Source of the DNA: the human T2T-CHM13v2.0 reference genome, Homo sapiens
Assembly: GCF_009914755.1 (NCBI RefSeq)
Contig: NC_060926.1
Length of the DNA stretch: 64,000 bases
Reading direction: 5' to 3' (one strand)
The position numbers and the translations under genes were made by a program. Positions 25,339 through 43,297 of the stretch are shown here, piece after piece (within the stretch, counting starts at the first letter, position 1; the number at the start of each line of letters is the position of its first letter). The notes beneath the pieces are model-generated. The model was given only the letters and a program-made list of their open reading frames with translations, was not told the DNA's origin and made no database searches.

Positions 25339-28300
25339 TTAATAATAGCCATTCTGACTTGTGTGAGATGGTATCTTATTGTGGTTTTGATTTGCATTTC
25401 TCTAATGATTAGTGATGTTGAGCTTTTTTTCACATACCTGTTGGCCACATGTATGTCTTTTGAAAAGTGTCTGTTCACGTCCTTTGCTCACTTTTTAATG
25501 GAGTTTTTCCAGTTTTGCTTGTAAATTTGTTTAATTTCCATATAGATGCTGGAAATTAGACTTTTGTCAAATGTATAGTTTGCAAATATTTTCTCCCATC
25601 CTGTAGGTTGCCTGTTTACTCTGTTGATAGTTTCCTTTGCTGTGCAGAAGCTGTTTAGTTTAATTAAATCCCATCTGTCAATTTTTGCTCTTGTTGTGAT
25701 TGCTTTTGGAGTCTTCATCATGAAATCTTCACCAGATCCTATGTCCAGAATGGCGTTTCCAAGGTTGTTTACCAGAGTTTTTATAGTTTTGGGTTTTACA
25801 TTTAAGTCTTTAATCCATCTTGAGTTTATTTTTATATGTGGTGTAAGAAAGGGGTACAGTTTAAATCTTCTGCATATAGCTAGCCAGTTATCACAGCACC
25901 ATTTATCGAATAGAGAATCCTTTCCACATCGCTTGTTTTTGTCACGTTTGTCAAAGATCAGATGGTTGTAGGTGTGCTGCCTTATTTCTGGGCTCTCTAT
26001 TCTTTTCCATTGGTTTATGTGTCTTGTTTTGTACCAGTACCATGCTATTTTGGTTACTTTTGGCCTGTAGTATAGTTTGAAGTCGGGTAATGTGAGCCTC
26101 CAGCTTCGTTTGTTTTGCTTAGGATTGCCTTGGCTATTCAAGTTCTTTTTTGGTTCCATATGAATTTTAAAACAGTTTTTTCTAGTTCTGTGAAGAATGT
26201 CATTGGTAGTTTGATAGGAATACCATTGAATCTGTAAACTGCTTCCTATCCATGAGCATGGAATGTTTTTCCATTTGTTTGTGTCATGTATGATTTCTTT
26301 GAGCAGTGTTTTGTAATTCTCACTGTAGAGATTTTTCACCTCCTGGTTAGCTTATTCCCAGGTATTTCATTCTTTTTGTGATAATTGTGAATGAGATTGT
26401 ATTCCTGATTTGGCTCTCGGTTGGCTGTTGTTGGTGTATGGGAATGCTAATGATTTTTGTACATTGATTTTTTATCCTGAAGCTTTGCTGAAGTTGTGTA
26501 TCAGCTGAAGGAGATTTTCAGCCAAGACTAAGGCTTTTCTAGGTAAAGAATCATGTTGTCTGCAAACACAGATAGTTTCACTTCCTCTATTCCCATTTGG
26601 ATGTGCTTTATTTCTTTATCTTGCCTGACTGCTCTAGCCAGGACTTCCAATACAATGTTGAATAGGAGTGGTGAGAGGGGGCATGTTGTCTTGTGCCAGT
26701 TTTCAAGGGGAACCCTCCCAGCTTTTGCCCATTCAGTATGATGTTGGTTGTGGTTTTGTCATAGATGGTTCTGATTATTTTGAGGTATGTTTCTTCTATA
26801 CCTAGCTTATTGAGAGTTTTTAATATGAAAGGATTTTGAATTTTATTGAAAGCCTTTTCTGCATCCATTGAGATAATTGTGTGGTTTTTGTCTTTACTTC
26901 TGTTTATGTGATTAATCACATTTATTGATTTGCATATGTTGAACCAACCTTGCGTCCTGGGAATGAAGGCACTTGATCATGGTGGATTAGCTTTCTGACA
27001 TGCTGCTTGATTCAGTTTGCAAGTATTTTCTTCAGGATTTCAGCATCAAGAGGCCAATGTTCATCAAGAATATTGGCCTGAAGTTTTTGTTGTTGTTGTT
27101 GTTGTGTCTCTGCCACGTTTTGGTGTCAGGACAATGCTGACCTCATAGAATGAGTTGGAGTCCCTCCTCCTCAATTTTTTGGAATAGATTCAGTAGGAAT
27201 GCTACCAGCTTTTCTTTGTACATCTGGTAGAATTTGGCTGTGAATTCATCTGGTCCTGGGCTTTTTTTGGTTGGTAGGCTATTTATTACTGATTCAAATT
27301 TGAAGCTTGTTATTGTCTGCTCAGGGAATCAATTTCTTCCTGGTTCAGTCTTGGGAGAGTGTATGTATGTGTCCAGGTATTTATCCATCTCTTTTCGGTT
27401 TTCTAGTTTTTGTGCACAGAGGGGTTCATAGTAGTTTCTGATGGTTATTTGTATTCCTTTTGTGTCAGTGGTAACATCTTCTTTGTCATTTCTAATTGTG
27501 TTTATTTGGATCATCTCTCTTTTCTTCTTTATTAGTCTAGCTAGCAGACTATCTATCTTATTAATTTTTTCAAAAAGACCAACTTCTGGATTTGTTGATC
27601 TTTTGAATGGTTTTTCGTGTCTCAATTTCCTTCAGTTCACCTCTGATTTTGGTTATTTCTTGTCTTCTGCTAGCTTTTGGGTTTGGCTTGCTCTTGTTTC
27701 TCTAATTATTTTTGTTGTAATGTTAGGTTGTTAATTTGAGATATTTCCAGCTTTTTTACACAGGTGTTTAGTGCTTTGAATTTCCCTCTTAACACCGCCT
27801 TAGCTATTGCCCAGAGATTCTAGTATGTTATAACTTTGTTCTCATTAATTTCAAAGAAATTCTCGACTTTAGCCCTAATTTCATTATTACCCAAAAATCA
27901 TTTAGGAGCATGTTGTTTAATTTCCATGTAATTGCATGGTTTTGAACAAATTTTAAAATCTCGACTTCTATTTTTAGGGTGCTGTGGTCTGAGAGTGTAT
28001 TTGGCACAATTTTGGTTCTTTGGCATTTGCTGAGGATTGTTTTATATCTGATTGGTCAATTTTGGAGTATGTGCCATGTGGTAATCAGAAGAATGTGTAT
28101 TCTGTTGTTTTGGGTGGAGAGTTCTGTGGAGGTCTATCAGATCCATTTAGTCCAATGTTGAGTTCAGGCTCTGAATGTCTTTATTAATTTTTTGCCTCAG
28201 TGGTATGTTTAATACTGACAGGGGAATGTTGAAGTCTCCTACTATTATTGTGTGGGAGTCTAAATCTCTTTGTAAATCTCTAAGAACTTGCTGTAGGAAT

Positions 28301-29374
28301 CTGGGTGCTCCTGTGTTAGGTGCATATATATTTAGGATAGTTAGATCTTCTCATTGAATTGAACTCTTTACCGTTATATAATGCCCTTCTTTGTCATTTT
28401 TTGATCTTTGTTTAAGTTTGTTTCATCTGAAATCATGGTTGCAACCCCTGCTTTTTTCTGATTTTCATTTGGTTGGTAGATTTTCCCCCATCCCTTTATT
28501 TTGAGTCTATGGGTGTCATTACATGTGAGATGGGTCTCTTGAAGACACCATACCATTGGGTCTCGCTTTTTTATCCAGGTCGTCACTCTGTGCCTTTTAA
28601 ATGGGGCACTTAGCCCATTTACATTCAAGGTTAGTATTGATAAGTGTGGATTTTCTTCTGTCATTGCGTTGTTAGCTGGTTGTTATGCTGGCTTATTTGT
28701 ATACTTTCTTTTATATGTCTTTTAGGCAACTAAGATTCTTAATTTTAATATAGACAAATCTATTGATCTTTTCCTTTACAAGAAAAACTTTTTGTGTCTT
28801 TTTTCAAAAACATTTTTGTACCTGGAGTTTTAAATTTGGGATATTAATGCGTAAGTTCACAATCTATCTTGAGTTGATTTCTGTATGTGGTAAAAAAGAG
28901 GATTCCAATCTTGTCATCTTCTATATGAATAACCATTATTTTCTAGTTATGTTAACATCTTTGCTGATCTGACATGACACCTCCTTCTTGTACCTAAATT
29001 CCACACATGTCTGGGCTGGACTGGGTTCTCTATTAGTATTAGTATTTGATGATATAACTTTTTCCTTCCTTTTACTTTTAATTTGTCCTGGTACTTAGCT
29101 TTAAATGTGCCTTGTAAATAGCATAAATTTATATTTTAAAGTCTAATCTGTCAATCTTTGCATTTTACCTTGTAAGTCAAATTCATTCACATTAATTCTA
29201 ATTATTTATATATATTTGGACTAGTTTCTATTGTCTCAAATTTTCGGTTGTCCTATTTTTAGATGTTGCTTTTCAATCCTTTATTTCCTCTCTAATTTGA
29301 CAAGAATTTTAGCACACTTTCACATTCCTTTAGTCTTCCTTACGTTCCAGCCTCAGTCATGTTGATATCATCTA

Positions 29375-29545
29375 TACCATGGCTTCTCAAATTCTCAAAG
29401 GATGTATAGCCCTTCTTAAAAGGCAGATACTGATTCTGCATGATTCTGAGATGGGGCCTAAGACTTTGCATTTATAACAAGCTCCTAGGTAGTAGCGACA
29501 CTGGTGCTGGTTCAAACACCACATTTTGCATAGCAAGGGCCTAGA
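29375..29545. mobile_element. MER5-type hAT MITE
   Basis: 'gatggggcctaagactttgcatttataacaagctcctagg...accacattttgcatagcaaggg'. Confidence 0.65.
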
Positions 29546-29700
29546 TTTGTGCCATCCGATATGGTAGCCAAATTTTGGGTTTGCATTTTCTCTTTATACC
29601 CTTCATTCAAAATAGCTTTTAGTGTGGATCTTTCTATGACAAACCTTATGAAACTTTCTGGGATTAAGAATATTTTTATTATGCCCTCATATTTAAATGA

Positions 29701-30022
<322 letters not shown>

Positions 30023-30406
30023 TGATATAAAATTCTAGTGTCTAACTTCTTTACTTCTAATATTTTAAAAATAATATTCTTATGACTCCCTGTATCCAGT
30101 GCTTGTTTGAAAACTCTCTGAAAGTCAATCTGATTTTTGTTCCTTTGTGTGAGAACTACTCTTTCTCTGAAAACTTTTAAAATTTTCTCTTAGACTTTGC
30201 TAGTCTTAAATTTCACGTTCCCATTTAGTTTTCTCTACCTATTCTCTGCAGCTTCTTTCAATCTAAAGTCTTCTTCTTCTCTTCCTCCTTCCATTCCTCC
30301 TCCTCCCCCTTCCCTTCTACTTAACTTTGGGAAATTTATCACCATTATTTCTTCAAATATACCCTCCTCCACATTTTTTATGTTTCTCTCTTTCTGGGTC
30401 TCCTAT

Positions 30407-30761
30407 TGTATTAGTCCATTTTCACACTGCTATAAAGAACTATCTGAGACTGAGTAATTTATAAAGAAAAGAAGGTTTAATTGTCTCACAATTCTGCATG
30501 GCTGGGGAGGCCTCAGAAAACTTACAATCATGGTGGAAAGGAAAGCAAGGCGTGTCTTACATGGTGGTGGGAAAGAGAGAGAGCAGGGGAAACAGCCACT
30601 TTTAAACAATCAGATCTTGTGAGAAGTCCCTCACTATTACAAGAACAGCACTAGGAAACCACTTCCATGATCCAATCACCTCCCACCAGTTCCTCCCTTG
30701 ACATATGGAGATTACAGTTTGAGATGAAATTTGAGTGGGATCACGGAGCCAAACCATATCG
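30407..30761 (-). mobile_element. THE1 (THE1D-like) MaLR solo LTR
   Basis: 'tgtattagtccattttcacactgctataaag...ggctggggaggcctcagaaaacttacaatcatgg...ccaaaccatatc'; 5-bp TSD cctat 30402-06 / 30762-66. Confidence 0.9.
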
Positions 30762-30937
30762 CCTATTATCTAAATATTAGCACTTCTACTTTTCTCTTCC
30801 ACATGTCTTTGCTTTTTAAAGAATATATTTTCTATTTATTTGTCCTTTTCTTCTTTTCTAAGGGAGATGATTTCAATCTGGCCTTCCAAATTACTAATTT
30901 ATCCCCCCAGGTAGGTCCAATCTACTACTTATCCTAA

Positions 30938-31321
<384 letters not shown>

Positions 31322-31331
31322 TAGATACAGC

Positions 31332-32049
31332 TGAGAAATAAAAATAAAATTTGAAGCCCCCCCACAACTGACTAAACAGACCCTGCTCTTGGCCAAGGGG
31401 ACCCCAGGGAAACCTGAGTTCCTGACAATGATGGGATGGGCGGTTGGACAGGCTTTGTTATACCCTCTTCCCTTGCTAACTGCCATTATGTTTTTTCCTC
31501 TAATGTTTAAACAAACAGAAACCAGCCCTTTTAAAATATTCACTTCACTACTGATATCAACCAACCGACTGATGCTGCCCCTCCCTTTTTGCAGTTTGAC
31601 GCAACTGACCAGCATTCCTTCCTAAGAGACCACAGACCACTGAGTGGTTCTGGCCAGTCTACAGAGAATGCACAGTGAGGGTTTTCATGTCCTCTGCTTC
31701 ATCTTTTGACATCAGAGGCTGAAAACTACCCTGGGAGCATGCTAATGCCACCATTTTTTGTACATGTGATCCATGAAGGGGCATGAAGCTTAATGGCCCA
31801 TGTGCAGGTTTCTCTACTCATAAATATTCATGACTCCTCCTAGAGCCTGTTGAATATATATATATTTGCCACCCCATTCAGCATAAATCTCTGTCTTATT
31901 CTTCTGACCCTTGAAGTGCTTGTTTCTGGCTTCTGACCAGAGGCTACACTTTCCAGTCTGTGGGAATGGCCTCCCTTCAGGCTGTAACTATTTATGAGAA
32001 ATAAAACTTTCCTTTCAAATTTATGAACCTCATTATTCTTCAGTTGACC
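31332..32049 (+). mobile_element. MER39-like ERV1 solo LTR
   Basis: Start 'tgagaaataaaaataaaatttgaagcccccccacaactgac...cttggccaaggggaccccag'; end 'aaatttatgaacctcattattcttcagttgac'. Confidence 0.75.
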
Positions 32050-33060
32050 CTGCTAATTAATATATTCTCTTATCACTTTTAGCTTATTACTCTAGTTTTA
32101 CATTGGCGGTTTGTCTATTTTAATATTTCCTTCTCTGAAGAAATCTGTACTCTGGTTGTGCGTTATTTTTTGTTTGAAATACTGTGAGTCTAATCTGTCT
32201 TATTTTAACCTGAACTCATTTTTTCCCTGGGAATATTGCCTTCTGTGTTAGTTAATACAACTAGGAAAAGGCCAGACCCCTGTCTATGTGAGTTCCAGTG
32301 AGCTGAGGAGATGGAAGAATCCTAGGGTGAAGAGGCTACAAACAGAAACTCATCTCAACCATTAGTCACCCCACAAAATAACTCTTTGGGACTGGGCTTC
32401 ATACACCCTTTGGATCCCAGAAAGAAGGAGCACTGTGAGAAGGTTCCCCATCCCCAACCCACCCCACCCAATATAAGTCACCTTCCCTGAGGACTTGGAG
32501 AGGGAGGGGTGAGGAAGCAAATGTCCAAAGTTAATTAATCTCTACCTGTTTTTCTTAGTTCCTCAAACTTACCTTGCATTTCTGGAATGGGCCCTATTTT
32601 TATAGAGCGTATTATTGTTTTCACATACGAATGCTCTTGATTTGCTAATGTTTTATTGATGGCTTATTCACTAGCATATTATTCGGTAGCTTTCCATTTT
32701 GTGCTGTTTCATCAAGTTTTTGTATTAGGTTTAAAAAATTTATTAAATAAATTGAAAACTTCTCCTTTTTTATCTATGCTCTAGAGCAATTTAAGTTGCA
32801 TAAACATTCTCTCAGGTTTGAAGTACATCACTTGCAAATAGATCTACTTTCTGTTCCTATGGTGTAGTTTGAAGAAGATGGATACAGGTGGCAAAGTTCT
32901 TCATAAACTTCTCAATTTATTTCATATTTTTTGCTATATTCAGATTTTCTAGATCTTTTTAGAGTCTATTTTAGTTATACTTTTCTTAAAAACCAACCAA
33001 TTCATCTGGATTTTCCAATTTATGCATCTTATACTGTTCTTTTTAAAAATAGCTTTACTG

Positions 33061-33958
33061 GGGGAGGAGCCAAGATGGCCGAATAGGAACAGCTCCGGTC
33101 TACAGCTCCCAGCCTGAGCGACGCAGAAGACGGGTGATTTCTGCATTTCCATCTGAGGTACCGGGTTCATCTCACTAGGGAGTGCCAGACAGTGGGCGCA
33201 GGTCAGTGGGTGCGCGCACCGTGTGCGAGCCGAAGCAGGGCGAGGCATTGCCTCACTTGGGAAGCGCAAGGGGTCAGGGAGTTCCCTTTCTGAGTCAAAG
33301 AAAGGGGTGACGGACGCACCTGGAAAATCGGGTCACTCCCACCCGAATATTGTGCTTTTCCGACCGGCTTAAAAAACGGCGCACCACGAGATTATATCCT
33401 GCACCTGGCTTGGAGGGTCCTACGCCCACGGAGTCTCTCTGATTGCTAGCACAGCAGTCTGAGATCAAACTGCAAGGCAGCAGTGAGGCTGGGGGAGGGG
33501 CGCCCTCCATTGCCCAGGCTTGCTTAGGTAAACAAAGCAGCCGGGAAGCTCGAACTGGGTGGAGCCCACCACAGCTCAAGGAGGCCTGCCTGCCTCTGTA
33601 GGCTCCACCTCTGGGGGCAGGGCACAGACAAACAAAAAGACAGCAGTAACCTCTGCAGACTTAAATGTCCCTGTCTGACAGCTTTGAAGACAGCAGTGGT
33701 TCTCCCAGCACGCAGCTGGAGATCTGAGAATGGGCAGACTGCCTCCTCAAGTGGGTCCCTGACCCCCGAGCAGCCTAACTGGGAGGCAACCCCCAGCAGG
33801 GGCACACTGACACCTCACACGGCAGGGTATTCCAACAGACCTGCAGCTGAGGGTCCTGTCTGTTAGAAGGAAAACTAACAAACAGAAAGGACATCCACAC
33901 CAAAAACCCATCTGTACATCACCATCATCAAAGACCAAAAGTAGATAAAACCACAAAG
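33061..33958 (+). promoter_or_regulatory. L1 5'UTR internal sense promoter and antisense promoter
   Basis: Intact YY1 site CAAGATGGCCG (33071-81), SOX-type AACAAA sites, many CpGs retained. Confidence 0.85.
33295..33510 (-). CDS. ORF0: LINE-1 ORF0 (71 aa, antisense), intact
   Basis: MEGAPPPASLLPCSLISDCCASNQRDSVGVGPSKPGAGYNLVVRRFLSRSEKHNIRVGVTRFSRCVRHPFL matches primate L1 ORF0; ATG at 33508-10. Confidence 0.85.
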   Translation of the reverse strand: MEGAPPPASLLPCSLISDCCASNQRDSVGVGPSKPGAGYNLVVRRFLSRSEKHNIRVGVTRFSRCVRHPFL

Positions 33959-34975
33959 ATGGGGAAAAAACAGAACAGAAAAACTGGAAACTCTAAAACG
34001 CAGAGCGCCTCTCCTCCTCCAAAGGAACGCAGTTCCTCACCAGCAACAGAACAAAGCTGGATGGAGAATGACTTTGACGAGCTGAGAGAAGAAGGCTTCA
34101 GACGATCAAAGTACTCTGAGCTACGGGAGGACATTCAAACCAAAGGCAAAGAAGTTGAAAACTTTGAAAAAAGTTTAGAAGAATGTATAACTAGAATAAC
34201 CAATACAGAGAAGTGCTTAAAGGAGCTGATGGAGCTGAAAACCAAGGCTCGAGAACTACGTGAAGAATGCAGAAGCCTCAGGAGCCGATGCGATCAACTG
34301 GAAGAAAGGGTATCAGCAATGGAAGATGAAATGAATGAAATGAAGCCAGAAGGGAAGTTTAGAGAAAAAAGAATAAAAAGAAATGAGCAAAGCCTCCAAG
34401 AAATATGGGACTATGTGAAAAGACCAAATCTACGTCTGATTGGTGTACCTGAAAGTGATGGGGAGAATGGAACCAAGTTGGAAAACACTCTGCAGGATAT
34501 TATCCAGGAGAACTTCCCCAATCTAGCAAGGCAGGCCAACGTTCAGATTCAGGAAATACAGAGAACGCCACAAAGATACTCCTCGAGAAGAGCAACTCCA
34601 AGACACATAATTGTCAGATTCACCAAAGTTGAAATGAAGGAAAAAATGTTAAGGGCAGCCAGAGAGAAAGGTCGGGTTACCCTCAAAGGGAAGCCCATCA
34701 GACTAACAGCGGATCTCTCGGCAGAAACCCTACAAGCCAGAAGAGAGTGGGGGCCAACATTCAACATTCTTAAAGAAAAGAATTTTCAACCCAGAATTTC
34801 ATATCCAGCCAAACTAAGCTTCATAAGTGAAGGAGAAATAAAATACTTTACAGACAAGCAAATGCTGAGAGATTTTGTCACCACCAGGCCTGCCCTAAAA
34901 GAGCTCCTGAAGGAAGCGCTAAACATGGAAAGGAACAACCGGTACCAGCCGCTGCAAAATCATGCCAAAATGTAA
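33959..34975 (+). CDS. ORF1: LINE-1 ORF1p (338 aa RNA-binding chaperone), uninterrupted
   Basis: Full-length MGKKQNRK...QNHAKM with REKG, ARR and YPAKLS motifs. Confidence 0.95.
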   Translation: MGKKQNRKTGNSKTQSASPPPKERSSSPATEQSWMENDFDELREEGFRRSKYSELREDIQTKGKEVENFEKSLEECITRITNTEKCLKELMELKTKARELREECRSLRSRCDQLEERVSAMEDEMNEMKPEGKFREKRIKRNEQSLQEIWDYVKRPNLRLIGVPESDGENGTKLENTLQDIIQENFPNLARQANVQIQEIQRTPQRYSSRRATPRHIIVRFTKVEMKEKMLRAAREKGRVTLKGKPIRLTADLSAETLQARREWGPTFNILKEKNFQPRISYPAKLSFISEGEIKYFTDKQMLRDFVTTRPALKELLKEALNMERNNRYQPLQNHAKM

Positions 34976-35023
34976 AGACCATCGAGACTAGGAAGAAACT
35001 GCATCAACCAACGTGCAAAATAA

Positions 35024-38859
<3,836 letters not shown>

Positions 38860-38902
38860 ACAATGAGATCACATGGACACAGGAAGGGGAATATCACACT
38901 CT

Positions 38903-38941
38903 GGGGACTGTGGTGGGGTGGGGTGGGGGGAGGGGGGAGGG
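38903..38941 (+). other. G-quadruplex-forming tract in the L1 3'UTR
   Basis: ggggactgtggtggggtggggtggggggaggggggaggg. Confidence 0.7.
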
Positions 38942-39539
38942 ATAGCATTGGGAGATATACCTAATGCTAGATGACGAGTTAGTGGGTGCAGCGCACCAGC
39001 ATGGCACATGTATACATATGTAACTAACCTGCACAATGTGCACATGTACCCTAAAACTTAAAGTGTAATAAAAAAATAAAAATAAATAAAAATAAATAAT
39101 AAAAATAGCTTTATTGAAGTATAATTTACATTCAAAAATTCATCCATTTTAGGTACAGTTCAATGTATTTTAACAAACTAATGCATTACTGTAACCTTCA
39201 CTGAGAATCTGGAGTATTTTTTACTAGTTAGAGTCATGCCAAAAGTACTGACTGCAAAGGCAGTCGGTATCCTCCCCCAACCTCTGCCCCAGGCAACTGC
39301 TGGGTTGCTTTCTATCAATACAGCTGTGCCTTTTCTGAAATTTCATATGAATGGAATCAGATAGAATTTGTCTTTTGCGTTTGGCATTTTTTGCAAAGTA
39401 TAATGTTTTTGAGATTCATCCATGCACGTATCAGTTTTTTGTCCCTTTTTATTACTGAGTAGTAGTATCTTGTATAAATATACAAGGTTTGTTTATCCAT
39501 TCACCAGTTGGTGAACATGAGGTTATTTTAAGCTGATGC

Positions 39540-40018
39540 TCTGGTGGGCTGAAAAAAATGCCCCCCCCACCCAAAAAAATATTCAGATGCAAATCCCTGG
39601 AACCTGTAAATGTTACTTTACATGGAAAAAACACCTTTGCAGATGTAATTAAAGATTTTGAGATGGATAGCTTATCCTGGATTATCAGGGTGGGCCCTAA
39701 ATGTAAGCACACATATCCTTATAAGAGGCAGGCAGAGGGATATTTGACACACACACAGATGCGAAGACCGAGCAGAGGGAAATTTGAAGATGCTGGAGCA
39801 ATGCAGCCCCAAGTTGAGAGATGCCAGCGACCACCAGAAGCCAGAAGAGGCAAGGAATGGCTTCTCTTGTGGAGCTTGCAGAAGAAACACGACCACGCCA
39901 ACACCCTGAATTCAGCCCAGTGAACCTGTTTTTGGACCTCTGGCCTCCAGAACTGTAAGAGAATACATGTATGTTGTTTTAAGCCACCAAGTCTGTGGTT
40001 AAGTTGTTACAGCAATAC
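39540..40018 (+). mobile_element. MLT1C/D-like MaLR LTR
   Basis: 'aatccctggaacctgtaaatgttac...ttatcctggattatcagggtgggccctaaatg...tggcctccagaactgtaagagaata...ttttaagccaccaag'. Confidence 0.88.
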
Positions 40019-40199
40019 TACAAAGAAAGCTGGTATAAACCTTTGTATACAAGTCTATCTGTTGGCATGTTGCTCATTTCTCTTAGATAAACAGAAATGG
40101 GATTGCTGGGATATAGGTCTAAATTTATATAAGAAATGGACTGTTTTTCAAAGCAATATATGGGAATTGTCATTGTTTCACATTTTTATCACTATGTGA

Positions 40200-40876
<677 letters not shown>

Positions 40877-42147
40877 CTTGGTATGATTGATTAACCTTTT
40901 TAATTTTAGTCATTCTACTACGTACATAGTGATACCTCATTGTGGTTTTGATTTATATATCCCTGAGCATCTTTTCATGTGCTTTTTTTTTGTCATTCAT
41001 ATATGTTTTTGGTGAAGTGTTTATTCAAATCTTTTTATCCATATTTTTATCCCAACAAGTCAGTTGTTTGCCTTCCTATTATTAAGGCGTAAGAATTCTT
41101 TATATAACAAACAGATATGCTTGCAAATATTTGTCCCAGTCTATAGCATATCTCTTTCATATATGTCTTTCAAATAGCAAAATTTTTTATTTTGATGAGT
41201 TCTAATTTAATATTTTTTCTTTTACACTGTGCTTTTATGTCATAAGAAATCTACCTAACCAAATGTCACAAGGATTTTCTTTTATGCTTTCTTTTAGAAG
41301 CATTATAGTTTTAGCTCTTACATTTAGGTCTATGATCTATTTCATGTTAATTTTTCGTGGTGTGAGTTGAGGATCAAGGTTAACAATTTTGCATATGTAT
41401 ATCCTTTGTTCCAGTTCTAAGTATTGAAAAAGAGTATCCCCATTGACACCCTTGGCACCTTTGTGGAAGGTCAACAGACCACATCTGTTCTATTGATCTG
41501 TGTGTCTATCAATCATCACACCAACTCCACACCGTCTTGACCACAGCTTTACAGTCATGAAATCAAATAGTTTAAGTCTTTTAACTTTATCCTTTTTTAC
41601 AAAATTGTTTTGGATATTCTAGGTCTTTTGTATTTTAGAATCAGCTTGTCGATTTCTATCCCTTTTTCCCCCTGACTAGAAAAAAAAAAAAAAACCTGCT
41701 GGGATTTTTATTTGGATTGTTTTAAAATCTATAGATCATTTGGGGGAATTAAAATCTTAATATTGAGTTCTCTAATTAATGAACACAGTATATCTTTTTA
41801 TTTATTTCAGTTGTATCTAATTTAACTCAGCAATATTTTATAATTTTCAGTATACATGTCTTGCACACAATTTGTTATACTTAGGCTTGATTATTTTAAG
41901 ATTGTAATGCTCTTGCAATTGAGGTTTTTAATTTCAATTTTCAATTGTTTATTTTTGTATTTTTCTTTAGAATTTTCTCTTTCTAGAGATTTATGCTGTT
42001 TCTCATTCATAATATTTTGTGAGCTCTTTTTTGTCTTATTAGCACTGCTAAAGGTTTTCTTATTTTATTAGCCCTTACACAAATAAATACTGGTTTGTCA
42101 AATCTGTTGACTTTTCATTTTCTAATTCATTAAGTTTTGCTTTTGTC

Positions 42148-43173
42148 TACTGGGGCAACCCACCCCCAATATTTCAACACAGGTTCTTTCTATTTTCCAT
42201 AAGTGTCGGCCAGCTGAGAAATAGAGATAGTACAAAGAGAGGAATTTTGCAGCTGGGCTGCCAGGGGTGACCTCACATATTGGTAGGACCGTGATGCCCG
42301 CCTGAGTCTCAGACCAGCAAGTTTTTATTAAGGGTTTCAAAAGGGGAGGGGGTGTAAGAACAGGCAGTAGGTACAAAGAAAGAAAGATCACATGCTTCAA
42401 AAGGCAAAAAGCACAACTACTAATAAGGATCTAACAAGGATCACAAGGCAAAGGGCAAAAGCAGAACTACTGATAAGGGTCTATGTTCAGCGGTGCACAT
42501 ATTGTCTTGATAAACATCTTAAATAACAGAAAAGAGGGTTCGAGAGCAGAGAACCGGTCTGACCGCAAATTTACCAAGGCAGAGAGTTTTTCCCCACCCT
42601 ATTAAGCCTGAGGGTACTGCAGGAGACCAGGGCATATCTCAGTCCTTATCTCAACTGCATAAGACAGATACTCCCAGAGTGGCCGTTTATAGACCTCCCC
42701 CCAGGAATGCATTCCTTTCCCAGGGTATTAATATTAATATTCCTTGCTAGGAAAAGAATTTAGCGATATCTCTCCTACTTGCACGTCCATTTATAGGCTC
42801 TCTGCAAGAAGAAAAATGTGGCTCTTTTTGCCCGACCCCACAGGCAGTCACACCTTATGGTTGTCTTCCCTTGTTCCCTAAAAATTGCTGTTATTCTGTT
42901 CTTTTTCAAGGTGCACTGATTTCATATTGTTCAAACACACACGTTTTACAGTCAATTTATACAGTTAACACAATTATCACAGTGGTCTTGAGGTGACTGA
43001 CATACATCCTCAGCTTATGTAGATAGATAGCAGGATTAAAGAGATTAAAGACAGGCATAAGAAATTATAAAAGTATTACTTGGGAACTGATAAATGTCCA
43101 TGAAATCTTCACAATTTATTCTGCCACGACTCCAGCCGGTCCCTCCATTCGGGCTCCCTGACTTCCCACAACA
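42148..43173 (-). mobile_element. MER11 (HERV-K11/HML-8) solo LTR
   Basis: 'ggggcaacccacccccaatatttcaac...gaccagcaagtttttattaagggtttcaaaagggg...ccctgacttcccacaaca'; 6-bp TSD tttgtc 42142-47 / 43174-79, typical of ERVK. Confidence 0.9.
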
Positions 43174-43297
43174 TTTGTCATTATTAATTTTTTTCCTTTT
43201 GCTTTCATTAGGTTTATTTTGTTACACATTTTTAAAATTTGTTAACTGTTGAATGAATTTTGATTTCATTCTCTCTTATTTAATTATTGAGATGGCA

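Noticed and set aside
25488-28664. RT/EN-like ORFs on the minus strand
   Set aside because: Frameshifted fragments of the old L1PA13-16 ORF2, not a separate gene or novel RT system.
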